Assembly: GCA_030141605.1 (NCBI GenBank) | Contig: JAQGDQ010000244.1 | Location: forward strand, 248,001-312,000 | Length of the DNA stretch: 64,000 bases | Direction: 5' to 3' | DNA from: Tubiluchus corallicola | Lineage: Eukaryota > Animalia > Priapulida | Part shown: piece by piece, positions 22,616 to 35,325 of the stretch | How positions within the stretch are numbered: position 1 is the first letter of the stretch | Layout of the letters: each line of letters begins with the position of its first letter | The notes under the pieces: generated by a model | The model's database searches: none | What the model saw: only the letters and a program-made list of their open reading frames with translations | What the model was told of the DNA's origin: nothing | Translations under genes and position numbers: made by a program

Positions 22616-24766
22616 TTAGTTTTCGATGTAGACAGTTTGGTTTCTGGCTGGTCAGACAGCCCTGTAAATACCAATTGTGCATTAGGCCTAAACGCTTCAA
22701 ACCATAATTATGTTGCAAAACATGCCCCGGATTGGAGTAATGCAACCAATGTTCAACTGGGTAATTATTATTCTATGACACATGCGGCTTTACTTGATGT
22801 ATTAGTACCATACTCTACAGTCCTGTGCTCTGATATTCATTGTAGCAGTGATGCACACACGCAAGAAATAACCAGTTTTCATGATGCGATAATTAACACT
22901 CTTAGTACAGCAGCTTCACAAGCTTTTCCCATTAATGAAAGAAAGAGAAACTCTTGGAACTCTGTACCAGGGTGGAATGAATTTGTTGCCGAAAAACACA
23001 ATTATTCACGACAATGCTTTGTCAATTGGCGTATGCTAGGTAAACCTCGCAGCGGTCCTACTGCAGAAGAAATGCGTCGAGCGCGTGCTCAATTTAAATA
23101 TGCCCTACGCGATTGTAAAAAACATCAGCAAAGCATTGTATCAGACAAAATTGCCTACCGTCTTATGCATTGCAACTCCTACCAGTTTTGGAAAACAATA
23201 AAGAAAGAAACAAATTCTAAACTTCCTCTTCCCTCTAGCGTTAATAACGTAACAGGGGAAAACAACATTTGTAATATGTGGGCGGAGCACTATTGCGTTC
23301 TTTTTAATTCGGTTGATAATGGAAATTTGGAGGAGCAGCTGCACCGGGCCCTTGCAGATGATATGCATATTATACCCAAGTTTACTGTTAGAGAGGTGCA
23401 AGATGCAATCGGCTCACTAACTTTGCATAAATCTGCAGGTCCTGATGGTATACAGGCCGAACATTTTAAGTATTCTTCCTCAATGTTACCGGTTCTTTTA
23501 TCCTTGTTGTTTAGCTCCTGTTTGATTCACGGCTTTCTTCCAGAATCGCTACTGATGTCTGTATTAATTCCTCTAGTAAAGGATAAAAATAAAGATATTA
23601 CGGATGCAAATAACTATAGGCCAATTGCACTAGCTTCTATTGCCAGCAAAATATTCGAAATTTTATTACTTAACAGATACAAACAGTATATTCCAACAAC
23701 TCCTAATCAGTTTGGCTATGTAGAAAAACTTGGCACTGAAATTTGCATAAACACATTAAAGGAGATCATTGACTACTACATTAGTCGTGATAGCTCTGTT
23801 CACATTGTTTTTATCGACGCATCAAAGGCATTTGATAGGGTTAATTTCTTCAAGCTTTTTCTTAAACTCACAAAGACTTCAATCCCGAATATTGTAATCC
23901 GCTTGCTCACATTTTATTACACGCAGCAAGGCATGTCTGTCAGGTGGGGACATAGTCAGTCTACAACTTTTAATATTGGAAATGGAGTACGCCAAGGTGG
24001 CAAGATGTCACCATTTCTTTTTAATTTTTATTTTAAAGATCTAAGTGTTAAGCTTTCATCCACCCAACTTGGTTGCAATGTGTCGAACATGGTTATGAAC
24101 CACCTGATGTACGCTGACGATGTTTGTTTGTTAGCAACAACGATTACGGCCCTACAACAACTACTAGACGTGTATAAATTGTATGCTGAACAGTATGACA
24201 TAAAAATTAATGTAGCTAAAACTAAACTTATGTCTCTTAATTCAAACATCATGAGAAATTTTATGTTTGGTAACATCAAACTAGATAATAATGTTTTACG
24301 TACCTGTGATAATGAAAAATATTTGGGACATGTTATTTCAAATGATAACCGAGATGACCTTGACATTATTAATCAAAGATCCCTATACTACTGTCGTACA
24401 AACCAACTTATTAGAAAATTCAGCTATTGTTCTGTTGATGTTAAAAGATATCTATTTAATGCTTACTGTAATACATTCTATTGCATGTCTACTTGGAGAC
24501 ATTTTAATAATGGTAATATCTTAAAACTTAAAATTGCGCACAATGTGTCAAAAAGATTATTTTTCGGATATGCATATGATTACAGTGCTCGTGAGATAAG
24601 TGTTGAAATTCACGTGATGTATTTTGATGTATTAGGTAGAAAATCTGTGTTAAGTTTAATGAAAAGATTTGATACTAGTGATAATTTAATGTGCCAGAAA
24701 ATTTTAGTAAGCGATGCCAAATTTACATCGCACATAAGACAGCAATGGTGGAGACTATTATTGTAA
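22613..24766 (+). CDS. Non-LTR retrotransposon reverse transcriptase ORF, 5'-truncated (clade uncertain, RTEX/L2-like)
   Basis: 717-aa ORF with KSAGPDG, NYRPIAL, FIDASKAFDRV, GVRQGG.MSP, YADD and KYLG motifs. Confidence 0.9.
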   Translation: MLVFDVDSLVSGWSDSPVNTNCALGLNASNHNYVAKHAPDWSNATNVQLGNYYSMTHAALLDVLVPYSTVLCSDIHCSSDAHTQEITSFHDAIINTLSTAASQAFPINERKRNSWNSVPGWNEFVAEKHNYSRQCFVNWRMLGKPRSGPTAEEMRRARAQFKYALRDCKKHQQSIVSDKIAYRLMHCNSYQFWKTIKKETNSKLPLPSSVNNVTGENNICNMWAEHYCVLFNSVDNGNLEEQLHRALADDMHIIPKFTVREVQDAIGSLTLHKSAGPDGIQAEHFKYSSSMLPVLLSLLFSSCLIHGFLPESLLMSVLIPLVKDKNKDITDANNYRPIALASIASKIFEILLLNRYKQYIPTTPNQFGYVEKLGTEICINTLKEIIDYYISRDSSVHIVFIDASKAFDRVNFFKLFLKLTKTSIPNIVIRLLTFYYTQQGMSVRWGHSQSTTFNIGNGVRQGGKMSPFLFNFYFKDLSVKLSSTQLGCNVSNMVMNHLMYADDVCLLATTITALQQLLDVYKLYAEQYDIKINVAKTKLMSLNSNIMRNFMFGNIKLDNNVLRTCDNEKYLGHVISNDNRDDLDIINQRSLYYCRTNQLIRKFSYCSVDVKRYLFNAYCNTFYCMSTWRHFNNGNILKLKIAHNVSKRLFFGYAYDYSAREISVEIHVMYFDVLGRKSVLSLMKRFDTSDNLMCQKILVSDAKFTSHIRQQWWRLLL

Positions 24767-24895
24767 TTTTCGTGTTTAACTAAGTTTGTGTGTAATTTGT
24801 TTGTAGTGGTTTTTTGTTTTTATGATGTTGTATGTTGTATATATGTAATTTAAATTATGAACTTATGTTTGAAATAAAGAATTAAATCAAAAATC

Positions 24896-24899
<4 letters not shown>
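22613..24899 (+). mobile_element. LINE 1, 5'-truncated, with 3' UTR
   Basis: RT ORF, AATAAA at 24872 and short AAATC-type tail abutting (TC)n. Confidence 0.85.
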
Positions 24900-24938
<39 letters not shown>

Positions 24939-24966
24939 GACTTTCTCACCACCTCCTCCTCTCTCT

Positions 24967-25009
<43 letters not shown>

Positions 25010-25085
25010 CTCTCTCTCTCTCCTCCTCTCTCTCTTTCTTTCTCTCTCTTCCTCTCATTCTCTCTCTCTTTCTCTCACTCTCTCA

Positions 25086-25163
<78 letters not shown>

Positions 25164-25187
25164 TCTCTCCTCTCTCTCCTCTCTCTC

Positions 25188-25237
<50 letters not shown>

Positions 25238-25247
25238 TCTCTCTCTT
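24900..25247. repeat. Imperfect (TC)n microsatellite
   Basis: Direct reading; shorter tracts at 21989-22020 and 29407-29492. Confidence 0.95.
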
Positions 25248-25354
25248 CCCATTAACTTCCCAGATACTTCCCATTAACCAAATTTGAAGTTGCATACAAA
25301 ACTGCAAAAGGTAAAATTCAGATCCAGTTAAATGACAGCGACACGGCAAAGAAA

Positions 25355-25837
25355 ATGATTAGCGAATGGAAGTCTGAATTTTTAGGTGGGGACACACGGG
25401 TGAGACAGCCAAAGAAACTGCATATAGGCCTTATCAGAGACTGCGATCCAAATTTATCAGACCAAGATGTAGAATATGTAATACAAAATCAGTATGAAGG
25501 AGTAAAGGTAGAGAGATTTAAGAAAAGAAATGGATCCCAAGAAGACCTATACCAAGCCATTAATAAGGGTATACCTATAGATCAGATGCTATGCAGTGTG
25601 GAATTGTTCGCTAGCAAACAGAAGCCCATTCGTTGTTTCAATTGCCAAAAATACAACCACGTGGCCAAGTTTTGCAAGCATCCTGTTGTGTGTGGAAAAT
25701 GTAGCGCGAAACATAGAACTAATGATTGCACGGCAGAAGAGGCTGTTTGTGCAAATTGTAAGGGGAAGCACGAGGCAAGGAGCAGAGAGTGTGAAATTTA
25801 CCAGAAGGAGTTGAAAAGAACACAGATGTACCAATGA
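25355..25837 (+). CDS. LINE ORF1 (gag-like), 5'-truncated
   Basis: Three CCHC knuckles: CFNCQKYNHVAKFC, CGKCSAKHRTNDC, CANCKGKHEARSREC. Stop overlaps the ORF2 start (ATGA at 25834-37). Confidence 0.85.
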   Translation: MISEWKSEFLGGDTRVRQPKKLHIGLIRDCDPNLSDQDVEYVIQNQYEGVKVERFKKRNGSQEDLYQAINKGIPIDQMLCSVELFASKQKPIRCFNCQKYNHVAKFCKHPVVCGKCSAKHRTNDCTAEEAVCANCKGKHEARSRECEIYQKELKRTQMYQ

Positions 25838-28800
25838 CTCAAACACGAGATCGTCTTTTCAAGGTATGCCAAATTAACATCAACTCGTTGTCACCTCGCT
25901 CAACTTTAGCATTAGATAATTACGTAAATAGAGAAAACTTTGACATCATATCAGTTCAAGAGACTCGGGTAGACCCAGCTCAACAATTTCCGAAACTAAC
26001 GAATTATAAAAAGTACTTTAAGTCATGCAGACCTTTTCATGGAGGAGTAGCGGTTTTTGTCAAAACCAACATAAATAGCTGCAAAATTAAAGAGCTAGAA
26101 AGTCAGAACACTGACATTATTTGGCTGCTCATATATATAAACGGACGGAGATTTCTTTTAGCTTCGGTTTACACCCCACCAAACGATCATGAAAGTTTTA
26201 CCAGAGTAATAAACAACTTGAAAGAGGCAATGAATTATGTGCAAATTCACAATTTGTGGGGCCTTGTAGCCACTGGAGACTTTAACGCACGTTGTTTTTT
26301 TGTGGGATACTTCAGATAATGCAAATGGCAAAGTGCTCAAAGATTTCATTTGTGCAAATAACAGCAAAGTAACTTTTTTTGCTCCATCGTCGAGTACTTT
26401 CAGTTCCGGTACTGGTGCAAGTACAATCGATTTAGTAATTTCAACTGATAAAATGGCAAATATAGTGTTAAATCAATATGTGGACTGTGAGGTCGAGTTG
26501 TTTAGTGGCGCCCCCTTAATGGGACATTATCCTGTGATATCCAGCTTTAATACGTCGCAAGCAAATTTGGCAGAAAAGAAACATGTGTTCGACATTAAGG
26601 GTAGCAATTGGACAGAATGGTCACGTAACTTAGACGAGCGCTTGATGGCAAACGAAGTAGTCTTTAATAACTTGTTATTATCCAATGACGTCATTAGTAT
26701 GTGGAACTGGTTTAGAGAAACTATTGCCGAAAGTAATATGTTGGCTCTAAAACGTAAAGTTATCTGTGCTCACAGTAAACCGTTCTGGACTGCAGAGCTA
26801 TCACGGTTATCAAGACTTGTTCGACTCAGCAGGAAGAAGTTCAAAAGACACTCAAGCTACGAAAATAAACTCATCTATATTACTGACAAAGAAAACTTTG
26901 ATAGTGAACTTAGTAGTGCTATGAATAGATGGCTACAGAGCAAGACAGAAAAACTAAATGTAGAAAAAGGTGCCATCTTCTGGAAAACATATAAACAAAT
27001 TTTTAAAGGTGTAAATAGCAATAATAATAGTAGTGTTGATATATTAATTAGTAATGGCTCACCTGTAGTCTCGACCTCGGATAGTGCTGATTTATTATAT
27101 AAGACTTTTTTTAGTGGGGAACACATGAACGCGGAAGAATTTGATGAAAACTGGAAAAATCACATTGAACGCTCATTATCAGTTATGGACTGGGAACAAA
27201 ACGAAAAATTTTGTCTAAATAACTGGTTTAATTTACAAGAATTAGAAAATGCAGTAAGTGAAGTGCGAACTGAAGGCAAGTCGCTTGACTCCGATGGGTT
27301 TCACCCAAAAATGATAAAACATTTTGGGCCAGTCGCAAAAAATATTGTATTACGTATTGCAAATATGTGCTTAGAAAATCAATTATGGCCTTGGACGTGC
27401 ACGAAAGTAATTCCACTAAAAAAACCTAACAAAATCGATTATTCAAATGCCAGTAATTATCGTCCAATAACCATTTCTTCGTATATAGGTAAACCTGTTG
27501 AGCGTTTAATATCAAATAGACTTAAAAATCATTTCTTTCAGTTAAACTGCATTGATACAGAGCAAGAAGGCTTCATAAAAGGCAAAAATACAGTACGTTA
27601 TTTAACCAGATTAGTTATTGATATGGAAGACGACATTTTGAATAATGCATACGGTATAACAATTTGCTGTGATTACGAAAAAGCGTTCGGGAGTGTTTGG
27701 GTTGAAGGTTTATTATTTAAACTTATTTGTGCAAATGTACGAGGGTCTATGTTACGCCTTATAGCATATATATTACAAAATTGCAATATCTGCATAAAGA
27801 TAAATGATTATATGTCCGATCAATATCGATGCAATTTAGGACTCCCACAGGGGTCAGTTATAGCCCCAATACTGTTTATATTTTTCATTGCAGATATGTT
27901 TTATAATATGCATGACTCTGTTAAAAAGTACAAGTATGTTGATGATGGATCTTTGCATGTGTCAAATACAGACCCGCAAACCTGTGTTACAATTGCACAA
28001 AGCTGTTGTGATGTGCTTCACAAATGGTGCCAGAAATGGCGTTTAAAGATAAATACGTTACCTGGTAAGACAGAAGCATTGATAGTAGGGGCATGGGATG
28101 AAAATAACAAGCCAGACAATTTAAAAATTAGTAACAATGAAATATTGTTTGTTGAAGACAGCAAAATATTAGGCCTAACTGTTGATCGGAAATTAACATT
28201 TGTTAAACACGCGGGTAATGTTCATAAAAAGGTATGGTATAGATGGTTGAAAGTAAAAAACAATTGCAGTAAATATGCAGGTTTGCGACTTGCTACCATT
28301 GTAAATATTTACAAAACTACTATTTTGCCGATTATACTGTATGGTGCTATTGTATGGTTAGGTAAAAAAACTTACTGTATTTGAAGATATAACCTATGAT
28401 ATAATGAAAGTTTCTGCGGGGTTGGCTTTTAAACCAGATCGTACTAAATTGGAATTACTTTGTGGTCTTCCACCGTTAGACATTGAACTAAATGTAATTG
28501 TGGTTAAATCATGTCTTAAGACATTATGTCAGAGCGCTGATGATTTAGTTAAACAAAAGATTCTGCGGTATGGTAGTGCACGTCTGACAGGAAGACATAT
28601 TTATAAAAATATTATGTATACACATGCGCAGACTGTGAGAAACTTTTTAAAATTTGTCTGGAATAAAAACTTTCGTACTACAGATCTTGAACAAATTCCT
28701 GAAAGTATGTTAAAGTATACTAAACATCAAATTATGGATCATGTTTCTTGTACCTGGTCAAATAAATATAGGCATGTTATGCAATTTCGAGGAGATAATG

Positions 28801-29147
28801 TTGAAATACAGAATATAAAATGTACACCCTTAAATTTGCCGCTTGGAAATAATGAAAGGAAAATAGAATCCATTGCCATGTCCTTTTTAACTGGCCAGGG
28901 GAATTTTAACAGCTTTTTGTATAGACTTAATATGAGTGATACTAGTTTATGTCCATGTGGAGAAGAAGAGCAAACTCCTCAGCACATTTTATTCAGATGC
29001 AATAAAGTAGATAATGCAGAAAGAATGCCGTTCATGGAAATAGCTGATGCCAATTATACACGTAATATTATGATTCAATCTGATAAAAATTTAATAATGG
29101 CTTTCACTAACCTGATCAGGGACAATTTTATACTAAGTAATTGTTAA
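25834..29147 (+). pseudogene. LINE ORF2 (APE endonuclease, RT, C-terminal CCHC), two frameshifts; I/Jockey-group-like
   Basis: QININS, VQET, HGGVA, SVYTPP, GDFNA (APE); NYRPITI, GLPQGS, YVDD (RT); CPCGEEEQTPQHILFRC. Frame changes near 26300 and 28370. Confidence 0.85.
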
Positions 29148-29401
29148 TTTAGGCCCGCTCCAGTATACAAAAATAAATTATGTAGTTGTGTAAAGTTAAT
29201 TTGTTTGTATAATACTTGTGATTCGTTTGAAATTATATCTAATTTAAGTATAAAATGTTATTCGTTGTACATAGTGTGAAACTGGATTTAAAAGATTTGT
29301 TATGTGAAAATGTAATTTGTTGATCTGAGCCTGCAAAAAGAGGCACCTTTGTGTATATATATTCACTTCTTTAATAAAGATTTATTATTATTATTATTAT
29401 A

Positions 29402-29499
<98 letters not shown>

Positions 29500-30029
29500 C
29501 TATCACTAACAGACGATGCAACACAAATCGCAATATAGGTACAGATTTGTACAAACGTTTCAGAAGACAAAGCTTTTCCTGCTTACACAACTGCACATTT
29601 GTTTATTATGACAACAAACATGATTTTATAAACATTGCGTATTTTAATTGAATCATTTTAAAGCTACGTACATCAAATGACTTATCCTACAAATATGCAT
29701 ACATAACCTGTACATAGTATGTATAACTTGCACTCAGGAAACGTTTTGCAAAGCAACAAAATAGTTAGTATATTGTCATATCTCCGTAATGAACTTGACA
29801 TGTAAGAGTACCTGGTATGCAAAAGTAACGAAATTTCTTGGTCAGAGTAGGGGAGACAGTAAGTTGATACAGGGGAAGTAAAAACTGTATTAACTTAAGC
29901 AAGATATCTGTATTACGAGAATTGATGAAAGATGTATACGTCAAAATGAATCTTTTGTTGCAATTTTTGGTACAGTTACAATAGATATTAGTGCGACAAG
30001 GAAAAGCAAATTTCTTAGTGCAAATCATG

Positions 30030-30432
30030 TGCACTACCATTTTTCTACCCCCCTTCCAAAAACAAATATAATGAAACAGTCATCAAAATATAATGCTATT
30101 AAAATACGGTCATCAATTCCGCGTGAAATGAAAACTCTTAATCTTTATCAATTTAAAAAAGTATCAAAGAATTACCTACTACAACGGTATAATTAACTCA
30201 CAATTTTACTCATCCTGATCTTAAGTTACTAACAAAACTTATTTTGTTCTAATGTATGCTATAACCGATGAAAATGCTATGTTAATTGTCAATTGTTTCA
30301 CTTATCTGGAGGAGGACTCGAAAGCTCAATGCTACTTCCTCCTCCTCACAGTAACTCGCATAGTTTATTTTTTTCAATGTTATATCAATTTATATGTATG
30401 TTTGAGTTGCTGTGGAATAAATTCATAATTCA
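30030..30432 (+). mobile_element. Degenerate CR1/L2-like LINE 3' end
   Basis: Remnant IKI.SSIPREMKTLNLYQFKK..KNYLL followed by aataaattcat tail. Confidence 0.45.
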
Positions 30433-30567
30433 TGTACTATTCTGGGTACATTCAAAACAGAAATTTCTAACGTAATAATTAGTGAGTCTAAAAGAATCCT
30501 AACATTCATCGTAGGCTAGAATGGTTATTTTATTAAAGAGGTCATTCCTGTTACATTAGAAGATACT

Positions 30568-30727
30568 TTAGTTGCGATCACAGTTGTTATCCACCTCGCA
30601 AATGTAACCATGAACAATTTTGAAGTCTTCGTTAGTACAATCGATGTCGGTCCATTCCCAATTGCTTTCTGATTTTAATATCATACAGTCATTTCCGGGA
30701 TGACCTCCGCTTGGTGCGCCCACCTCC
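30568..30727 (-). CDS. C-type lectin A, exon 4
   Basis: WEVGAPSGGHPGNDCMILKSESNWEWTDIDC...GYICEVDNNCDRN*. Confidence 0.85.
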
Positions 30728-31650
30728 CTTTAAAAACAAAAAAGACGCTCATTGCCCATGTATGTTTAGTAAGAATGAGATTAACCATTTACTTTAAAAG
30801 TTGGAAAATCCGAAAGACGAGTAAAGGTAGTTGCAGTGAGGAAATAAGTTAATGACTTGTTACTAATAATAATAATAGTACCTCTTACCAACTTTAATTC
30901 ACTAAGCTCATAAATCCTTTTTAAATACTTACTTATCACGTATCGGCAAGGTAATAAACATGTGTGGAGATTGTAATTGTATATTTGTTAGGTGCTGCCA
31001 TCTATGAACTAATCCTTTTACATTTTACTAGCTAAACTCACCCCCAGTATAATTGTACGGTCTAGTAAATGCATATTCACTGGATCTCTCCCTATTTTAC
31101 AGTAATGGTTTTTGTGAAGTCAAGTTTGCATAATCACCTATACCTATATATACTGACTGGATTTACTTTCTAGTCACTGTCTAACTCACACTCTCAGTGC
31201 AGGACACTCTCATTCTCAGTGTTCAGTGCAAGTCATTCTACATATGTGAATGTAGTCTAATAAACACTTTTCAGTTTTTTGCAAATATGTAGTATAGTTT
31301 TTATTCTTGTTCTACAAAGTGAGTGATCTACAACTTTAAACATGACTTTCACAACATGTTTGCAAAAAGGGAAACATAAGCCATCACCATTAATTCATTT
31401 GAATTTCTGAAATGTTTGAAACTGTGAATGTTATATTGAATAAAATACATGCAATATTTAATTGCGAATACAAATAAACATAAACAAAAGACCTATAAGA
31501 GTAAATACTTTTTCTTAGACACGTTTGTTAGTCTCTACACGTCTGAACTACGACAATTAAAAAAAATTCAGGGCAAATTTTTTCTGCTCCCATCCGTTGA
31601 GAAACTTCCTCCCGTACGGCTATGAGATTACTCTGTGAATCTAGACTTAC

Positions 31651-31744
31651 CAGTTTGAGTAACCGGTTATCGGTTCAGCAAGCCCCCACCAGTACCAGTC
31701 ACGCTCTCGTCCGAGATCAGTGCCACCAACCCATGGTGTGTAAT
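31651..31744 (-). CDS. C-type lectin A, exon 3
   Basis: NYTPWVGGTDLGRERDWYWWGLAEPITGYSNW (WIGL-type motif); canonical AG/GT. Confidence 0.85.
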
Positions 31745-32830
31745 CTAGCCAAATAAACAAATTTTATACAAGTAACATGAAATTTACTCACTGTTATAAA
31801 TAGAGTATCAAATATTATTTAATTTTTCAACAATATTTTTTAAAGCAATGCAATCTCCCGTGCATGAGTTAGACTTAAGAGACCAGTCTATCTGAAACGT
31901 TCGACTAGGTCTACATGACCTTGGGCCGCATTTACCTATAGGCTTATGACGCTGCTGAATTCTGAAAGGAGTTGGAAAATTTATCGACCAGTATCAAAAA
32001 ATTCTTCTTCTCTTCAGAAGATGCTCATCGTTTTATACGTATAAAGCACGACAAACTATTACAATTATTACGTAAAAGGTATTACACCACAAGCAGTTAC
32101 GCGATATGCTTATATATAAGGGCTATGCAAATATACATTAACAACAACCTCGAGAGTGCTAGGTTATACAAGCTACTAACACGCAACAAATAATTGTGTG
32201 AAAAGGCTCAATATATAAACGCGAGGCTCATATATATATATATATATTTGGAGATGGGCGGTAGTGTATTTTCAACCTATTACATCTAATGTTTTGATAC
32301 GACCCCTAGTCACGTGTCATAGATGAAAGTGTTAGTATGAGGTCCGGTCAGTAACTCCGTAAGTATAAGAACATGGATCATGAAACTTGCAGGGCAGGCA
32401 CTTAACATAGGTAGCCACAAAACGACACAGAAATGGTGGTGACATCTAGGTCAAAGCGGGAAGATCCAAAACATGAAAATTAGGGAGAATGACTTTGTCC
32501 TTCAACTGCTTTTACAGTGTTGGACTAGGAATTACTATTTGTGCATGTGTGGGTAACAGGGCAAGAAGAGATGTGCATTAAGTATTTTTCGTAAAGTGGG
32601 CGTGACCAGCTCACGTGACAAGGGCAAAAGTGTTAAAAATGAAAGGTGTTGCAATAAAGTGAATTTTATAGGTAATCGAGCACGGAGAATTCAGCAATAG
32701 CAGAATTCTGATATTGAGGTAAAGATCAAGTCCAGCAAAGATTTATCATAGTCAATACTTGCATTTTTGCTCATAATGTAGAATCTTAAGTTTATGAGTT
32801 TATAACTAAACACGGTATGGTTATACTTAC

Positions 32831-33019
32831 TTTCACCCAAATGTATGATTATGTTTGTCACTAGAAACGCTTGTTCTTCTACGGTTTGAATTCCCACAAG
32901 GCTGCCCATACTCTGAATGCATCTTTGCTCTGCTTCGAACCAGTTTAGGGATTCCTGGGCAAAACAATAATCACGTCTATCGTACTCAACCCAGATTCCA
33001 CTGCATTGAGCATTGGCAA
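32831..33019 (-). CDS. C-type lectin A, exon 2
   Basis: cgtag|...|gtaagt. ANAQCSGIWVEYDRRDYCFAQESLNWFEAEQRCIQSMGSLVGIQTVEEQAFL (CTLD N-half). Confidence 0.85.
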
Positions 33020-33146
33020 CTACGAAAATGAACCAAGAATAATTCATCTTAACATACTAATAAATGTATGCAGAGATTAAACATTGTATTAGACATACGT
33101 AAGTCATGTCATTATAGCTAATAATGTATTTTACTTGCTTACAATC

Positions 33147-33795
33147 CAGGGGCGGAACTAGGGAGAGCGAAGGGGCGCCTCCGCTGCCAAAATTTGCGCC
33201 CCCTACAAAATCGGACAAATAAATTTTTTTGCAGTGAAAATTGCAGTTCGCATGTAATCAGTTTCAATATGAATTAGAATTAGGTAAAAAAATGTTTGGT
33301 AGCTTCAGTGTGCGTGCAGACAAAACTCAGTGTGCATAGAGGTGCCTATGACAGTGTAGGCCTACAGGGACCACACACAGTCACAGGCCAACAGGTCTGT
33401 GTGCACAACTATAGGATGCTGGTGTAGCAGCGGTACCATGCTGAAATTTGAGACTTTTTGAAAACTTTAGACTTTTTTGTCCAAGGAAGTATCGTTCCAC
33501 ATTTCATTTTGACATTATTTCCTGCGTATTATTTTCTTAAAACGTGTGTGTGATGAATTTCTGTAAATAACAATTTAGTTAGAGGCACATTAATAACGTT
33601 AGGTTAACTGAGAGTTAATTTTCTCATTATTGCTCTGTCCGCTACGCCGTCCTACACACATGCTAATTATAGGCCTGCATGCAGTATAAAAGGGGTTAAA
33701 ATTGGCTTAACCATTATTTAGCCACTTCGGATACCTCGCCCTCCCAGAAAATGTTTGCGCCCCCCCCCTGCTTGCCACATCTACTTTCGCCCCTG
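33147..33795. mobile_element. hAT-type MITE in lectin A intron 1
   Basis: CAGGGGCGGAA/TTTCGCCCCTG ends; perfect TSD ttacaatc. Confidence 0.8.
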
Positions 33796-34628
33796 TTACA
33801 ATCACTGAATGCATCTCGTTAAAACACTTAGTAAGAGATGGGAGTGTAGTCTATAGTAATAGTCTGAAAGTTAAATAGCGCATGTATTAAAGCACAAGAA
33901 ACCACTTCCATAAATTTAAAATTTGATATCACTTACATGCTGTCTTGTTGCATAGCAGCAACATTGCATAAAATGTAAATTTAAGCCCCTCTCTCCGACA
34001 ACGCTGCCATTTTGACGGCAGGTCGTTTGAAGCAAATTTAGATAACATTGCGTAAAGTTTAAAAAAAATGTTTAGAGTGTTTTAGCACAATTCGCTAACT
34101 AAGCAAGAGATTAAATTATTTGATCTTTTGTCAATAAGACTAAAAATACGGTTTTGGTGAACCACTGGTGCCCATTGGGAAGGTGGGTCAGTGTCGTTTT
34201 AACAGTTGGCGCAAACATTTTAAATTACTAAGAGTTTCCTATTCTAGTTACATAAGCTTTTCTAACAGGTAAACGTAGTGCTAAGTAATATAACTTTATC
34301 CTGTAAATTTCCCTTTTCCTTTTAAAGAAAAACATTTTTCAATCAGTTCCTCTGAAATCAGAAACTCAACTGCGGATCAAAGCTTCTAGGAAACTTACCT
34401 TTAATTTGAAATAAAGAATCGTTTCTTCACTGTTTGTTTGTAAATTTGAATAGCTACACACCAATGCGCAATTATTAAATCTATTACCCATATTTAGGGC
34501 TATATACTTTGCTGATGATAATGTAAAGAAATTTCGAAATGTATAAATTGGTGTTCGCTAAATTTTAAGTAAAACCGGAGCCAATCTTAAACTGTAGATC
34601 AAAACAATCTACTCTTTAAAATATTGAA

Positions 34629-35187
34629 AGGAAACATACAATTTTTTTTCAAGAATGACTTACATGAAAGAATTATTACCGCACAAACATAATTTCACGT
34701 TCGCGCCACTAGTTCTTCGCTCTTACATGCATTTCGCTACTCGCTAGTAAGAATGACACTAGCGCTTGCATTTTGGAAACGCATTGCACAAAAAACAGGT
34801 GCTGTACCTCTCAGTTCGATGTGTTGGTTTGTGATGAACTACACACGTTCGACAGCTTATGCGTGAGCAGAGCGGTAAATTTGAAATTTGAATTTTTATT
34901 TTAAAACTTGCATAATTTTAGTAGAGTACACTGAATATCTTACAGTTGCACTGTATTTCAATTTTGGGTTTCGCAAACACGTACAACACGCTCGTGGAAT
35001 TTTTTTGTTGTTGAAAATTATGTTAGTTTGTGATGTCATCAATACTAGGCTCGCCCGCCGTTAATTAAGTTTTTAATTTATTATTTAATTATCAGAGACG
35101 CTTTTGCAGTATTAATCGTGTTAAAATGTATACTTTTTATCGGGTTTGAAAATTAGGTAGTAATATGAAAAATCATCCTGTTTTCCT
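34629..35187 (-). mobile_element. Kolobok-like MITE family C
   Basis: AGGAAAC...GTTTTCCT ends; homologous to 21596-21988. Confidence 0.6.
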
Positions 35188-35279
35188 GTGAACACAATAA
35201 CGATATTCTCAACGAATGTTGTAACTGTTTTTTTTAGTAGATAAATCAGAAGAAAATAATAAGAATAAGTTGTACTTAC

Positions 35280-35325
35280 GTCCTACTATTGCCAACAGGC
35301 CGAATAGCAAAAATAATTGCCTCAT
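35280..35325 (-). CDS. C-type lectin A, exon 1 (signal peptide)
   Basis: MRQLFLLFGLLAIVG + 1 nt |gtaagt; 46 nt, same length as exon 1 of paralogue B. Confidence 0.75.

Larger units (their letters stand above)
25250..29406 (+). mobile_element. LINE 2, near full length
   Basis: ORF1 plus ORF2, AATAAA at ~29373 and (TTA)n tail abutting (TC)n. Confidence 0.85.

Noticed and set aside
25055-25349. RE-rich ORFs (also 50837-51259 and 52104-52586)
   Set aside because: They arise from (TC)n, (GA)n and (GATA)n repeats.
33937-34048. Phase-compatible alternative first exon for lectin A (MLSKFASND...CNKTA|gtaagt)
   Set aside because: Poor signal peptide; 35280-35325 matches paralogue B in length and upstream motif. 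It cannot be fully excluded as a minor exon.
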